From positions 13,828,001-13,892,000 of the forward strand of contig NC_045697.1 of assembly GCF_009834535.1 (NCBI RefSeq): DNA of 64,000 nt, written 5' to 3'. Of the stretch, positions 1 to 13,049 are shown in pieces; the first letter of the stretch is position 1; the number at the start of each line of letters is the position of its first letter. The stretch is from Camelus ferus. Lineage: Eukaryota. Under the pieces are notes generated by a model. It saw nothing but the letters and a program-made list of their open reading frames with translations. It was not told where the DNA came from and searched no databases. The position numbers were made by a program, and so were the translations under genes.

Positions 1-381
1 AAACTGAACACGCTTTTACCCTGTGGTCCCACAATCACACTCCTTGGTATTTACCTGAAACAGTTGGAAAATTATGCTTACTCCTGTGTCTGCACATGGA
101 TGTTTATAGTAGCTTTATTCATAATTGCCAAAACTTGGAAGCAACCAAAATGTCTTTCAGTAGGTGAATGGAAAAACAAACTACGAAACAACCAGGTAAT
201 GGAACACTCTTTATTTCTGAAAAGAAATGAGCTATCAAGTCATGAAAAGACATAGAGTCAACTTAAATGGTATTACTAAGTAAAAGAAGCCAATCTGAAA
301 AAAAACTTACTGTGATTCCAACTATATTATATTCTGGGAAAGGCAAAACTATAGAGTTCATGAAAAGATTGGTGGCTGCCA
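1..381 (+). mobile_element. L1MC-type LINE-1, ORF2 C-terminal remnant and first part of 3' UTR
   Basis: Translates to [27 protein letters not shown] (L1 ORF2 C-terminus); L1MC-type 3' UTR motifs follow (aaagaaatgagctatcaagtcatgaaaagac, ggaaaggcaaaactataga). Confidence 0.85.
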
Positions 382-391
382 CCGGTCTGAC

Positions 392-666
392 CAAGTATTT
401 CAATAAGAGAACATTCAGATTCTGCAAACATCAATTAATGGCTTATTTTTATTTATGTTTTGTTTTTATTGTTTCATTCTCATAACAGTAGCTGCCTGAG
501 GCTGGAGGAAGGCGTTAATTGCTCCAATCTTAACGAGGTGAATAGGTGGGAACATTCAGTAAGGGATGTCCTGAAAGAGAGTAAGACCAGCAGCCGGGAA
601 AACATTCAATCAAAGGGGAGAGAACTATTGTTTTCAGTTGCTATTCCTACTATAATGTACATAAGG
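392..666 (+). repeat. Left arm of a ~275 bp diverged inverted duplication (partner 1882-2166)
   Basis: Aligns colinearly by eye with the reverse complement of 1882-2166 (e.g. atttcaataagagaacattcagattctgcaaacatcaa vs atttcaataagagaccattcagattttgcaaacatcaa). Confidence 0.9.
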
Positions 667-1019
667 AGACAATACTTACTCCATTCAGGGACAGCGACTC
701 CATAAGCAAATAATGTCACGTGACTAGATGGAGTGAGACAGAACAATTAACAGAACTTCTTTGAATGCCGACGAAAAAACCCTCCAAATGAATCTTAATA
801 TGATCCTCTATAAAGATCCTATGGGCATTTTCCACTCCAGCTCTCAACAGCTGAAGAATAAGAAGTTATAAAGCAAAACTAGGATAACCAAGGGAAGAGT
901 GGTTGAGGAGTACTGAATATCAACGTGTAGGGGAGAGAAATTTGGAGAATTGTAGTCCCTAGGTTGTCACTTTAGAGGTTATCATAAAAGGAGCTGAAAC
1001 TGAACAGACGGCATATTGG

Positions 1020-1470
1020 TTCATTATGGGGGGGTGCCATATCACCTGAAAACTTAGTGGCTTAAAACAAGTATTTATTATTTCTTATAGTTCTGTGGAT
1101 TGACCGGGAGGCTCCCCCATTTCATGTGATGTCCGCAGGGGTCACTCACGAATATGAAAGCTCAGCCAGAGCCCTCAGGCCTCTTTCATGTGGGCTCTCT
1201 GTCCATGTGCTGTTTTATCTTGAAGGACCTCTTCTTGTGGCCTCTCTCCAGCAGAAAAGCTTGGATACCTTTAAGTGTGGTAGCTGGATTCTAAGAGACA
1301 GCATTCTGATCAGAAAAGCAACAATGTGTAAATGTGTATCAAGACTCTATTACGTCGCACTTGCTAATGCTCCATTGGCCCAGAGGTAATGTGGGAGGGG
1401 ACTGACTATACAAGATTTGAAATTCTGGGGTAATAGTCCTTTGGTCCACCCATGGAATAGTCTTCCACAG
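1020..1470 (-). mobile_element. MaLR (MLT1-type) LTR remnant
   Basis: aaaacttagtggcttaaaacaa...atttattatttcttatagttctgtgg and ctaatgctccattggcc motifs typical of reverse-oriented MLT1 LTRs. Confidence 0.65.
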
Positions 1471-1574
1471 GCACTGAGGTCTAAATAGGCTACTGAGTAC
1501 CACAGTGAGTACCACAAGTATCATCCAGGTATTACCATGCCACAGCGAGCATCTTTAAATTTTCATTATTTATT

Positions 1575-1880
1575 TTTTAAGACTATACTTTAGAGCAGTT
1601 TAAAATTGAGCAGAAGATATAGAGATTCCCTGTATACCCACCACTGCCACACACGCATAGCCTCCCCCATTATCCACATCCCCTCAGAGGGCTACACTTG
1701 TTACAATTGGTGAACCTACCTTGACGCATCATGTTTGCCCAAAGTCCATAGTTTACATTAGCATTCACTCTTGGTGTTGTACAGTTTATGGGTTTGGACA
1801 AATGAGCATTAACCTGTATCTATCATTATAGTTGCATACAGAGTATTTTTATTAACCTAAAAATCCTTTATGAATGCTGC
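1575..1880 (-). mobile_element. L1MC 3' terminal segment, inverted continuation of the element at 1-381
   Basis: Reverse complement reads catttgtccaaacccataaactgtacaacaccaagagtgaatgctaatgtaaactatggactttggg...ctgctctaaag, the L1MC 3' end that normally follows the sequence ending at ~381. Confidence 0.85.
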
Positions 1881-1881
1881 C

Positions 1882-2166
1882 CTGTAAGTATACTGTAACA
1901 GGGATAAAAAAAAAAAAAACTGAAAACAACTGTTCTATCCCCTTTGACTGAATATTTTCCCAGCTGTTGATCTGACTCTTTTTCAGGACATCACTTAAAT
2001 CTTCCCACCTAATCATCTCATCAGGATCGTAGCAATGAGCACCTTCCCCCAGCCTCAGCCAGCAACTATCTATGGGAATTAAGTAATACAAACAAAATGC
2101 AAGTGAAAATAATCCACTGATTGATGTTTGCAAAATCTGAATGGTCTCTTATTGAAATCTTTGCTG
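1882..2166 (-). repeat. Right arm of the inverted duplication (partner 392-666)
   Basis: Reverse-complement match to 392-666; the ORF track shows parallel peptides (SSRENIQSKGRELLFSV vs NSWENIQSKGIEQLFSV). Confidence 0.9.
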
Positions 2167-3939
2167 GAGAATCATTTTTTCTTTCTGGACCATTATGAAC
2201 CATGACTGGCTGCTACTATCACTTCTAAATGATCCACAGTTATATAATATAAACAAGAACTTAAAAAGGATTTCAAAGTAAAGGCAAAGAAAAAGGGAAG
2301 AAATTTTCTGGTTTGGATGGCTCAACTTGATTTAAGAGTAAAGTGATAAACAGAAAGTTGGTCATTTGGCAAGCAAGCAAAGGAGCACTTAATAAAATGA
2401 TGCTTTTAATATGCAGATGTGCAGTGTTAATAAAGAGGCTGTGTCATTATATCAGATTCTATCGTTGCAATGGTCATATGTTTATTATAACAAACTATCA
2501 TCAAAGTTTTCCCCAGAGTCAACTGATTTTTTTTTTTTAGTTACAGTTTCTTCTAAGTTGTCAGCTATTGAATGTGACTGTGAATTTATTTGGCCAGAAA
2601 GGGAAGAGGTTGAGAAGAGAAACTGGGAGTCAAAAGTGATTTATTTTAAGAATAATTCATGCTTGTTTTATAAATAATCTATCAATTAACCATATTAACA
2701 CATAATATAATCTATTTACTTAATTAAAATATATGTTTTGCTTATATTCACATGAAAAGAGAAATCTAGATTCTAAAAAAAATTCTGAATATACTGTTTT
2801 TTAAAGTAAATTCAACAACATCTGAAGGAAACTGGAAACTAGATAAATACCAATGTAGCTTGCTAAAGAACACTTCAGTCTGACTAATAATCTAATTTAA
2901 TTATGTAGAAGATTGATAGGCATGGTAGATATAAAAAAAAGAGAAAAGATTTAAGTTACCTTGACTTTAACAAGATATTTTGTCATACAACATTGCATGT
3001 CATAAAATACAAACTAATTAATAAGGAAAATCTTATTTGGCTATTATATACTCATTAGGCTGATACATAACTGGTTAGCAAATAATATACACAATACTCT
3101 TGTCATCAATGACTTGATGATAGGAAAGATGACTAATGGTATTTGACGTAGGCTAATGTTGAAATCTTGGTTGCATTTATATATTTTATCCATAATCTAG
3201 GGTATGTCTTCAAACAATTACAGAATTCTCTATAACTGGATAAATTAGGCTTAAGGATGATAATAATAATAGTTAATAGAAAGAAATTCAGAAAAAAAGA
3301 AATTTGCCTAATTGAGAAAACTACAGAGATATAATACAGAGAATAAATGGTAATACATCTAAATAAATTCAAAAGCCATCGTTCTCTGAATTTTTATTAT
3401 ACTTATTGTGCAAAAGACATATTCCATTCCTTTATTATCAGTTATGTTGCACTACTCAAGAAACTTTTCATAAACTTTTGGTTGAAATCTACAAAAAGAC
3501 TTCTGGTGTTAATGTTCATGTTGTTCATAATGTTCTGGTGATTATGTTCAGTGGGTAGTTGTTAGAAAAAAAGATAGACTTAAGTACTGATAGGAAAATG
3601 TAAAATAAATTGCAGATATTACAGAAATAAAAGAGCTTGCCCAACAATGTGATTTGCCAAAAAAAAAAAGAAAGAAAGAAAGAAAGAAGGAGAATCATGG
3701 AAAGCCAAAGAAAAATTCTGGTGAAAACTATTATAAAAAGATGCACAAGGAAACAGTAGCTGATAAAAAAATCTGAGGAATAATAGTGAAGAAGATAATA
3801 AGAGACCTAAAGTCAAGAGTAAAAGGTAGAGGAAGTTTTATGAAATAATAAGACACCAACATTCTACTGAAGTGTAAGAGAACAATGGGTTAACTCTTAA
3901 CTTCACTGTTGAATATTCTTTAGGGAGGAGAAGGTAGAG

Positions 3940-4820
3940 ATTAAAATAGGCCATCCGTATTTAAAATATAAGATAATTAATATAAACTCTTCAAAACTAA
4001 AATTTCAAAAACTATCTTTTCAGATCACTACTCAATAAAACTAGGGGAAAATGTACTTAAATACACCAAATAATGGACAATTTTAAATGTTCTCCTAGAA
4101 AGTGCAAAAAAAAAAAAAAAGCCTGTGGTCAGTTAAAACAAAACTGTTATTACAAGATTACAAAACAGTTACAGTGATAATAAGCCACATTACATCTAAG
4201 ATATGAGCGTTCCTGGAAGCTGAGGCATAAGCATGGTGCTGAGTGCATTTCTTATCAAACAAGATTCCTGGGAAATAAATGAGCTACGCCTTCAACCCAC
4301 GAAGCTAAAAAGAGAAAAAGAAAACAAACCTAGAGAAAGGGGATGAAAGACGAGGAAGAAATTAATACAGTTGAAACTGAAAAAATTTAAAAACCCAAGA
4401 GCTGAACCTTTGAGAAACAACAGCAAAACAGACAACCTTTCTAAGTAATCTGATCAAGTAAAAAGTGTGACATTATTATTCAGAAATAAGAAAAAAACTC
4501 CTGAAACAAGTATGATTTTTTAATTACAACACTATGCATAATTCTCTCATATATATGATAACCCCGAATGAAATAAATGATAATCCTAGAAAAATTGAGA
4601 TTATCAAAGTTAATTTAAGAAAAAGCAGAAAATCTGAATACACCAACAATCATGTAATACATTGAAATACTTGTAAAAGAGCTATTCTCCGGAAAGGCAT
4701 GAAATTCAGACAGTTTTTGGCAAGAGATTCTTCCAAACTTTGAGAAGGAATGATATTTTTGTGCTGTTTAAACTGTTACAAAGCTTGGAAGAAATGCCAA
4801 CTGTCACAGTTCATGTTATC
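3940..4820 (+). mobile_element. Ancient, highly decayed L1 ORF2 fragment (L1M5/L1ME-like)
   Basis: A-rich tract with L1 ORF2 linker/RT-start remnants (aataaatgagctacgccttcaac...gaagcta; gaaaatctgaatacacca; gagattcttccaaactttga). Confidence 0.6.
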
Positions 4821-5743
4821 AAATTATGTTGCGTGTCTCTCTAACTAATCTTCCCCCGACTCAGCCCCAAGTTGTTATGATTTGTCATTTATTGCCTCTA
4901 GGATTTTTGAACAATTCTCTCTCCTCTTTTGCAAAAACTCCACTGAAGAGATCAGTTTAAATATTTTCTTGATGGAGATCAGTATTCCCTAAGAAGAAAG
5001 AGAAGAAGAAATTCCCTCAAAACTGGCAAGAAAGAAAGTCTTAGAATTCCCTAAAACCTCAGGGATCTGCACTCTGCGCTCTGGCATGTTCTAAAAAGCA
5101 GTAAAACCTCTGAGGAAAATGGCAGCTTAAGGATCTAGGACTGAATAATGAGTGGCTTGGGAGCAACTGAAGAGCAGAGCTGACTGATGACAAGGGGTTC
5201 CCCCGATGCCTCGGTACTTTGCAAGACCTTAGAAACTGTTCTACCTTAGTGATGGGAAAGAGACTCAAGAATAACTGACATTGAATTCCCTGCCCACCTA
5301 GGGGCCTATGTGCTTGCAGTTGGCATTAAATTGATTTAAAAGTCATAAAAACTGTGCTATTTCTTTCAGAACTCAGTTTGTGCAAATACCCACGACATAC
5401 AGATAAAAAGAAATCTTAAATACATTTCTATTAATTAAATCTGGAAGGAAAATGAAATTCCAAAGTGGGATTAATTGTACAAATATAAGGACGATTAGAT
5501 ATTGAAAAAAATCTATTTTTATAATTGATCAAATTGGTGGCCAAATTAAAAAAAATATTATTATAATTCCAGCTGCTGAGAAGGATTTTGAAAAAAAATC
5601 AGCATTCTTAATTGTAAAAAGTTCCTTTTTTTTTTTAAAAAAGTTCTTGATTAAAACAAAAAACCCCAGTCAAATTAAAAATAAAAGGATACTTGCGACT
5701 GTCATGCTAGGTTCCTTCACATACTTTAAAAAAATTTTTTTAG

Positions 5744-5850
5744 TGGGGTAGAGCCCAGTGGCAGAGCATATGCTTATGTGCATGAGGTCCTGGATTCAAT
5801 CTCAGTACTCCCACTAACAAAAAAACAAAACAAAACAAAACAAACAAAAA
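5744..5850 (+). mobile_element. Short tRNA-derived SINE (camelid Vic-1-like)
   Basis: ggggtagagcccagtggcagagcatatgcttatgtgcatgaggtcctggattcaatctcagtactcc: degenerate A and B boxes followed by an (AAAAC)n tail. Confidence 0.8.
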
Positions 5851-6831
5851 TTCTTAACAGTTCTATCTCTATCTTTTAGTTACAAAAATTTTAACCTGAA
5901 AAGATTAAATAACTGACCCAGAATTAGATTGTTAAGTTAAGCAAGTTAGAATGGAAGTAAGTCTGTTTTCTTACAGACTTACTGCACCATTAAGTTACCT
6001 GGTCTAACAGATAGTAAATGACAGCAAAGAATAATTGTAACATATTTGACTGAGTCCAACGCTTCCTACACTCAGTGTCAGAAGTGTCTGTCTCTCCTGG
6101 CACTCTTAGATGGCAGTCTTGCCTCCTTATTTGTGTTTGTTTTCCCTTGTATCAGTATTGTGCTTACAACCTATTGCAAACTCTATAAATGTTTCCCATG
6201 AATGAATGAGCATTTCAAGTTAAATCTGTGGGTGGGGGTGATATGGGAAATGTTTGACAACTTACATGGCATCGACACCAGCTAATCAGAACAGGCACCA
6301 GCCAGAAACAACCATCAAAAGGGTATCAGTTTGTTCTGATAACTATCAAGCCTGTCCAAGGGGCTCAGCTCAGCCCCTAACTTACCCTGTCCACATGAAA
6401 AGACCACTGGAACACCAGCAGTCAGTGTGTTTAACCAGCCCCAGCTACGTGTGACAAAGTTGTTTGGACCAGTGGTAGACACCAGACATAGACCTTTTCC
6501 TTCCTTACAGCCTGCCTCCTCCTCAGATACAGCGGATTGTCCCAGGCCAGAGAATAGGATTCAAAAAAACAGTATCTGTTGCCTGCAGAGTTAGAGTTTG
6601 TCATAGAGAAAAACAGATACTGAATAAAAGAATTAGTGTCTCATCCGGTGGCTGGATATTTACAAGATTCTACCACCCCTCAGGGAGATATTTTCCAGCA
6701 TATTTTCTGGAGATGCACAGGAATACTACACAAAAGGAAAGAGAATCTTGAAACTGGACTGAGGAAGGGCAGGAATGAGGGACAGTCTTGACTTCTAATC
6801 TTGGTTTCTAGCTCTGCTTCCTGCATGTAAC

Positions 6832-7385
6832 TGTCAGGGTTCAACCAGAGAAACAGAGCCATTAGGATATGTAGACATATACTGAAGAATTTATTACAGG
6901 AAACTGGCTTACCCAGTTGTGAGGGCTGGCTAAGAAGTCTCCAGCAGGCTGCCTCCACATCTAATGCTGGAGCCCAAAGTCCCCAGGGCAGAGAGTCTGG
7001 AAGAGAAGATCACCAACCTGCTGGAATGCCATGAGAAGAAGCTGGAGCTCCTCAACAGAGGACTGAAGCTTGTGTCCATTCTAATCACCACTGCCCTCAT
7101 AACGGGCATCTTCCAGAAGCCATGTCCCTCTCCCGAAGTGCTGAACACATACACGTACACACACCTGGCCAAGAAGTAAGAGAACTGAAAGAAGATCCAA
7201 GGGGAAGGGAGAGCAACAGTAGGTCCAGCTGCTGCTGCACACCAAGGAGGTAACTCAGCGGAACAGCAACCACATACGTGTCCTACCAAATGGCTGCTGC
7301 CTTCCTTCCTCTCTCCTAATGAAATATACCAAAAAAGGGCCTTCTGGGAGAGAGAATTCAGCCTAGACAGATTGACACATTACAC
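6832..7385 (-). mobile_element. ERVL-class (MLT2-like) LTR remnant
   Basis: Begins tgtcagggttcaaccagagaaacagagcc...atttattacaggaaactggcttac; ends near gattgacacat. Confidence 0.55.
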
Positions 7386-7675
7386 ATCTTTGATGCTTAT
7401 AACAACAGTAAATAATGATAATTCCCAACTTACTCAGGAGAGGGATGGAAACTGTGGGAGATGACAGAAGAGTGGAAGCTATATGGAAATCCTAGAATCA
7501 GATAACAAATAATACAAAAAACATCCTAGGAAAACAGCATATAATTATGGCATTTTATACTTGCCAGCAAAAGGTATTCAAATAACTTCATAATCGTAAG
7601 AACTACTAGAGGGCAGAATTCGTCACACGAGCTTGTATTGCGTTTCTTAAATTGCTTTGAAAATAGGACAGAAAC

Positions 7676-7677
<2 letters not shown>

Positions 7678-7717
<40 letters not shown>
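7678..7717. repeat. (GT)~20 microsatellite
   Basis: Perfect GT dinucleotide run. Confidence 0.97.
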
Positions 7718-7718
<1 letters not shown>

Positions 7719-8498
7719 GAGCGTGGGGAGAGTTGGTGGTATCCTTTAGCCTAAACAGAAGAATTGAAGTTGATCACTTCTCAAGATTCTTTCCAACTGC
7801 ATGATTGTATTATAAACCAAAATTTCTTTAATCGCTCTTATTCCCATGATTCAATTAGCTTATTCATATTAAGAATCTTTTCAGTCTTAAAAAATATATC
7901 CATAACTTATTGGCTGGAGCAAGTGTTTTCCATGAAATGCCACAGAACAAAAAAAGTAACTTTCAAGAGGAGTAAGTGTTTCCAAAATCTGACTTGGAGC
8001 AGATATGCAATACGTCTGCTGCTTATGAAAAGCATGCACGATCTGACCTTAAAAGTAGCTTCCTGATTTAGGTAAAATGACTCAGGGTTAAACTTTAAAA
8101 ATGAATAAAAGCTGAGCCTATCAAACTTCTCCCAATTGCCCTAGACAGCTCCTCTAGTGGGCGAGATTTGAATGAGAAATGATGTCTTTGCCTGATACAG
8201 TGTACCTCCACGTTCTGAGGTATTGTGCCACCAACTTCAAATTCATAATCAACTTCAGATCACATTAAGGGCTAGTAATCATTAAAAGAGATCCCATTTT
8301 GACAAACACATTCATACAACCTTGCTCTGGCCTTAATTTGATCTCAGGAGAATGAGTATTAAAAAAAAAACAAAGGAAGGGAAAATAATTCAAAGAATCT
8401 AATTTTATTTGTGGACTTACTGTCACCATTTTAATTATATATGCCCATTGGGAAAATACAGATATTTGCACAAGTAAATAAATTAATTAAAAGCACCA

Positions 8499-8590
8499 GA
8501 ATTGAAAATGAATATATGAATACTCATGTATGACTGAAGCATTACGCTGTACACCAGAAATTGACACAACATTGTAAACTGACTTTACAT
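8499..8590 (+). mobile_element. Camelid-type L1 extreme 3' fragment
   Basis: atgtatgactgaagcattacgctgtacaccagaaattgacacaacattgtaaactgact; the same 3' end recurs at ~36.9, 46.1, 47.7 and 57.4 kb. Confidence 0.85.
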
Positions 8591-8971
8591 GTAATATACA
8601 CACATATACATATAAAATATATAGATAGATATGGAAATGTGTTACAGCTAAAGAATTTGAGATCTTCAAGAGATGACATAATTCTTTTAAGATAACATTC
8701 AGTCAAAATTCAAACCTAACAAGTCTGTCCCCGGGCTTATGCATTATTTACAAGATTCAGCTTAGGTCAAAGAGTTTTATGTTGGATTTGGGAACCAACG
8801 TGTAATACTCAAAGACACTAATATTTTGCTAGCTACAGCTCTCCAATGTATGTTTTCCCTGGGCACCTCTCAGGGAGTAGTTACTAGTTTAAAAAAATCA
8901 GGTAATCTTGGGTACCAGGATAAATATCTTCACTTATCACATCAGCAGATCATTCAGCTCAAACCACGTAA

Positions 8972-9230
8972 GGTTGTCTTCATACCTTGGCTGTTGTCAA
9001 TAATGCTGTGATCAACATGAGAGTGCAGGCACCTCTTTGAGACAGTGACTTCATCTCCTATGCATACATACCCAGAAGTGGGATTGCTGGATCATATGGG
9101 GGTTCTATTTGTAATTTCTTGGAGAACCCCCATACTGTTTTCTACAGTGGTTGCATCAATTTACATTCCCACCAACAGTGTATTGGTGTTCCCATTTCTC
9201 CACATCTTCGCCAGCATTTATTATCTCTTG
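8972..9230 (-). mobile_element. L1 (L1MA-like) ORF2 3' fragment
   Basis: cccagaagtgggattgctggatcatatgg...tttacattcccaccaacagtg, canonical antisense L1. Confidence 0.85.
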
Positions 9231-9317
9231 CCTAATCCATTCTTGAGGCAGCTTCCTTACAAAGTGTCCTAAGATGTACTTTTTCTTTCATATATATATA
9301 CATATATATATATATAT

Positions 9318-9530
9318 GTACTGTCAGTTTAAAATGTGTCAATTTCTGGTGTACACCATAATGCTTCAGTCATATATGAACATTCATATATTCATTTTCA
9401 TATTCTTTTTCACCATAAGTTACTATAAGATATTGAATATAGCTCCCTGCACTATACAGTATGAACCTGTTGTTTATCTGTTTTATACATAGTAGATAAT
9501 ATCTGCAAATCTCGAACTCCCAATTTATCA
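9318..9530 (-). mobile_element. Camelid-type L1 3' end
   Basis: gtcagtttaaaatgtgtcaatttctggtgtacaccataatgcttcagtc...atctgcaaatctcgaactcccaatttatc. Confidence 0.85.
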
Positions 9531-12346
9531 AGACTATACTTTCAGGGATCATTTCTACAGTTTGTTACTAAGATGTATTTTAAATGAAGCTTGCATAATT
9601 GTCTTTTTAATCTTACCAATTTCATTTGCCATTTTTAAAGGGTTAAATGCTAAAAAAGATGAGTCTGTTCTCAGTTGCAGCTGTTTACTGGGATGGGGAG
9701 AGATTTCCTTACATCGATCCTCCTAGATTGTATTGCTCGCATCATCCTTACTTGTATTCCCAGCAAAATGTGAGCTTCTTGAAAGGAGGGTCTGTGACTC
9801 TGGCCCCCTACTCTTAGGCCAAACTCACCATCCCATCTGCCACATTTAATAAACAATCACTGAGTATAAGAATAAATGAATGAATAAATGATACCACTGT
9901 TACACATTTTTATGAACATAGGAAAATACACCACAGTCTAGTGATTTCAAAATTGAATGTGCAGTCATACCTTATTTTCAGAGATCAAACTTGCAAAATT
10001 GAACATTTGCTGAGCTATCCACTTGCCACCTCCCATTAAACATATCCCAAACTGAACACATCATTTTCTTCTGTTGCTTTGTGTGAAATCTGCTTAAATC
10101 ACTTCAGCATCCTCAGTGCAGTATGTTCATCCACAGCCTAGGTCAATCAATCGTCCTAATCCAGAAAACTCCCCCAGGGTGGGTCTTGGCGTTGAATTAA
10201 AACATACAGTTACTTGAAGTAACTTAACTGTCCTTTTTTTCCCAAACAAGATCAGATGTTTAGCTAATTAGTACAATGGATATTAAGAGGGAAGTTTTGT
10301 TTGTGAAATGATTGGTATTCAAGATATGTAAATGAGCTAGAACAAATTTTAGGAAGCCAAAGAGACCTTTAGGAATAATGCTCTTGACTTAAATCTGAAA
10401 ATTCCTCAGAAGATTCTTGGACACCTCCTTCCAGCTAGATGGTTGGCTAAATCCTGCCATGAGGATATTAGTGTGTTTTCCTCCAGCAAACGTTTTATGA
10501 AAGCTGCTGTAGGAGTCCTTAAAAAGACAAAGATCCAGAGCTGCTTACACTTACGGAACAGGTTGGATGTCTGTGTTTTTAATCTGATTGATGATAAATG
10601 CATAAATATAAGGCAGCATTTGTCTGAGAATGCTTTCTTTTTAATCTAGGAATAAGAGTGATTGAAGGACCCCTATAATCCTCACCTATCCAGAATTATT
10701 GGAGACTACAAATACTTACCAAAAATAACCTAATATAAACATGAACCATCAAACATTTTCCTACCTTCATATTCCTCAGCACAGCCAGGAAGCCTCCATT
10801 CAGATTGTAGAAGCCGGAAATCGAGACATTTCTGTGACAGCTCCTCCCACCTGGCCCCGTATATAATTTAATATTGAGTCCTATGATTCCTCCCTAATGA
10901 ATTGCAAATTTATTCATTTTTCTTCAATCCTAAAAAAACTCCCCCAGTTCAGGCTCACAGGACTCCTCCCATGGATTGAGGCAACTGAGTCTTACTTAAC
11001 TCGCGTCTCTGGTGAGTCTCTTGCTCTACTTTCTACATTGTACATGGAATGATTATTCCAAAACTGAATTTTGATCATGGTACACCACGTCTCAGTTTAA
11101 TGCTCTCAGTTCCTTCTCATTATCCTCAGGATCACGTCCTAATGCTGACGGGCTGACAAAGTCCTCAAGAAAGACACTTGTGACTCTGCCATTGTGTTCC
11201 CTTTAGCAAAAGCACAGAGACACGAAGTAGCACAGCATTTCTGCAGAACTTTCAACTCTTCTGCGGTATCTGAGGTGGAGTGAAGGTGGCAGAGTGATCC
11301 AGGGTTAGGAGAGGTTGTGATGGCCACATCATGTACTTGCGCTGTATTGCATCTGCGTTTGTTTTTTCATTTGACTTTTTTAATTAAGAATTTTCAACAT
11401 CTACCCTATGAAGATAGTCTAAAATTAAGCAAAAATATTATAGGTTTCCAACAAGTATTATAATTCTTCTTCTTAATTTAATCATTGCATTCCTTAATAT
11501 GAAAACAAGCTTACAAATAATTAGTTGGGAGTTAGTGTGATTCAATGATTTCCACTTATTAAATGATTTGCCTTTACCATGACTGCTTTGGTGCATTCAA
11601 AACAATGGTCTTAGTTGAAGAATGATCTTAAAATATTTCTTAGGACCATAAATGAGAAGTTGTTGTTTTTCGTTCCCCTCTCCTTGCTGTTAATAGTAAG
11701 TATAGCTGTCAGAAATCTGAAAGAACATCCTTTGACTTTTACCATGTCATCTTCTCTGACATACCGAAGCTTTACAGAAGCCAAACTTTGACAAGTTTTC
11801 CTGGTTCATTATAAACGAGGAAGAAGGAAGAGGAAAAGGAGGCAGAAGAGGAGGAAGATAAGAGGGCCATTTAGCATTTAAAATTGCTCCACTTTTTGGG
11901 TTTTAGCCTAATTTGAGGTTTCTCTGTGAAATCTTCATTTAGCAATTCCCAGGTCTACACGGCATTGTCAGCGCACTGGAACAGAGTGACGCTTGGTGGT
12001 GTCAGTTCCAATCCCTGGTGGGGTCGTAACAACGCTGAGTGCTGTTGAACTATACTTGCAAGTTAAAGTCTGTAGTTTGGATCGTGTGGTAGCAAATAAA
12101 TAATACAGAACAGGGATGAACAACGCAGAATCACACTGACGTCACTTTACAAAACACATGTCCACAAACACTAAAGCAACTTTAGTCTATTTCTTTATCA
12201 TGATATAGAAGTATCCATTTATTCATAATTACTATAAAGTCTTATCATGTATCAGTGTCGAATTTTTCTAATACTTTTCCAGTATTTATAAAAATCATCA
12301 TACGATATTTATTTGTTCAGATAAAATGTTGAATTATTATTAATAG

Positions 12347-12715
12347 TATCAGCCAGAATAATCTAAGCTCTATGTATTTTCAGTAAGAAAATCACCACAA
12401 ATCCTGTCAGATTAACACAAGAAAATCTTTTCTTGCTCGCATGAGAAGCTTAGTGTGGGGAGTCAGGGGGACACTTCATGTAATCTCCTAGGAATTCAGG
12501 CTGACAGAGACGTCCCCTTAACAGCTGCCACAATCACCAGAGCAGCAGGAAGAGAATCAGGAAAATCAGGCTGGTTTTAAAGTTTCTGCCCCTAAGTAAC
12601 ACATGCCACTTCCGCTCACGTTTCATCGGGTCACTCGTTCATGCCCAGGTTTAAAAGGAGCAGAGAAGGGAAATCCCAAGTGTCAGAGGAGGGACTCAGA
12701 AGGAATTTAGTTACT
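12347..12715 (-). mobile_element. MaLR (MLT1K/L-like) LTR remnant
   Basis: cacaaatcctgtcagattaacacaagaaaatcttttcttgctc and aagtaacacatgccacttccgctcacgtttcat motifs. Confidence 0.55.
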
Positions 12716-12757
12716 GTCCCAACATCTTTGCATTCATGAAATAAACATTATTTTATG

Positions 12758-12983
12758 TTTTAGTCAAGGTTTGTTAGAGAAGCAGAACCAATATATATTA
12801 TAATTACATATATTATGTTATTGAATGTATATATATGCCCTTCCCAATAGGTTGGAAAGGACAACCTGCTTTACTCAGGTTACCAGCTCAAATGGTAATC
12901 TCATGCAGAAACACTCTCACGGACGCACCTAGAAATAATGTTTGATCAAATATCTGGGTACCCTATGGCTCAGTCAAGTTGAT
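12758..12983 (-). mobile_element. MLT2 (ERVL) LTR, internally deleted
   Basis: ttagtcaaggtttgttagagaagcagaacca...gaaataatgtttgatcaaatatctgggtaccctatggctcagtcaagttga...catcaca. Confidence 0.8.
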
Positions 12984-13049
12984 ATATAAAACATACCATC
13001 ACACTTTATCAGGTGTACTATAATAGTAATATAGTTCTATTATTTTATC

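Noticed and set aside
715..724. GTCACGTGAC E-box/CLEAR palindrome
   Set aside because: Single isolated motif far from any promoter.
5744..5815. tRNA-like sequence
   Set aside because: Degenerate boxes, an A-rich tail and a second copy at 24.2 kb show it is a SINE, not a tRNA gene.
6964..7179. ORF with coiled-coil/TM-like look (MLEPKVPRAESLEEK...)
   Set aside because: Embedded in an LTR remnant; no splice or homology support.
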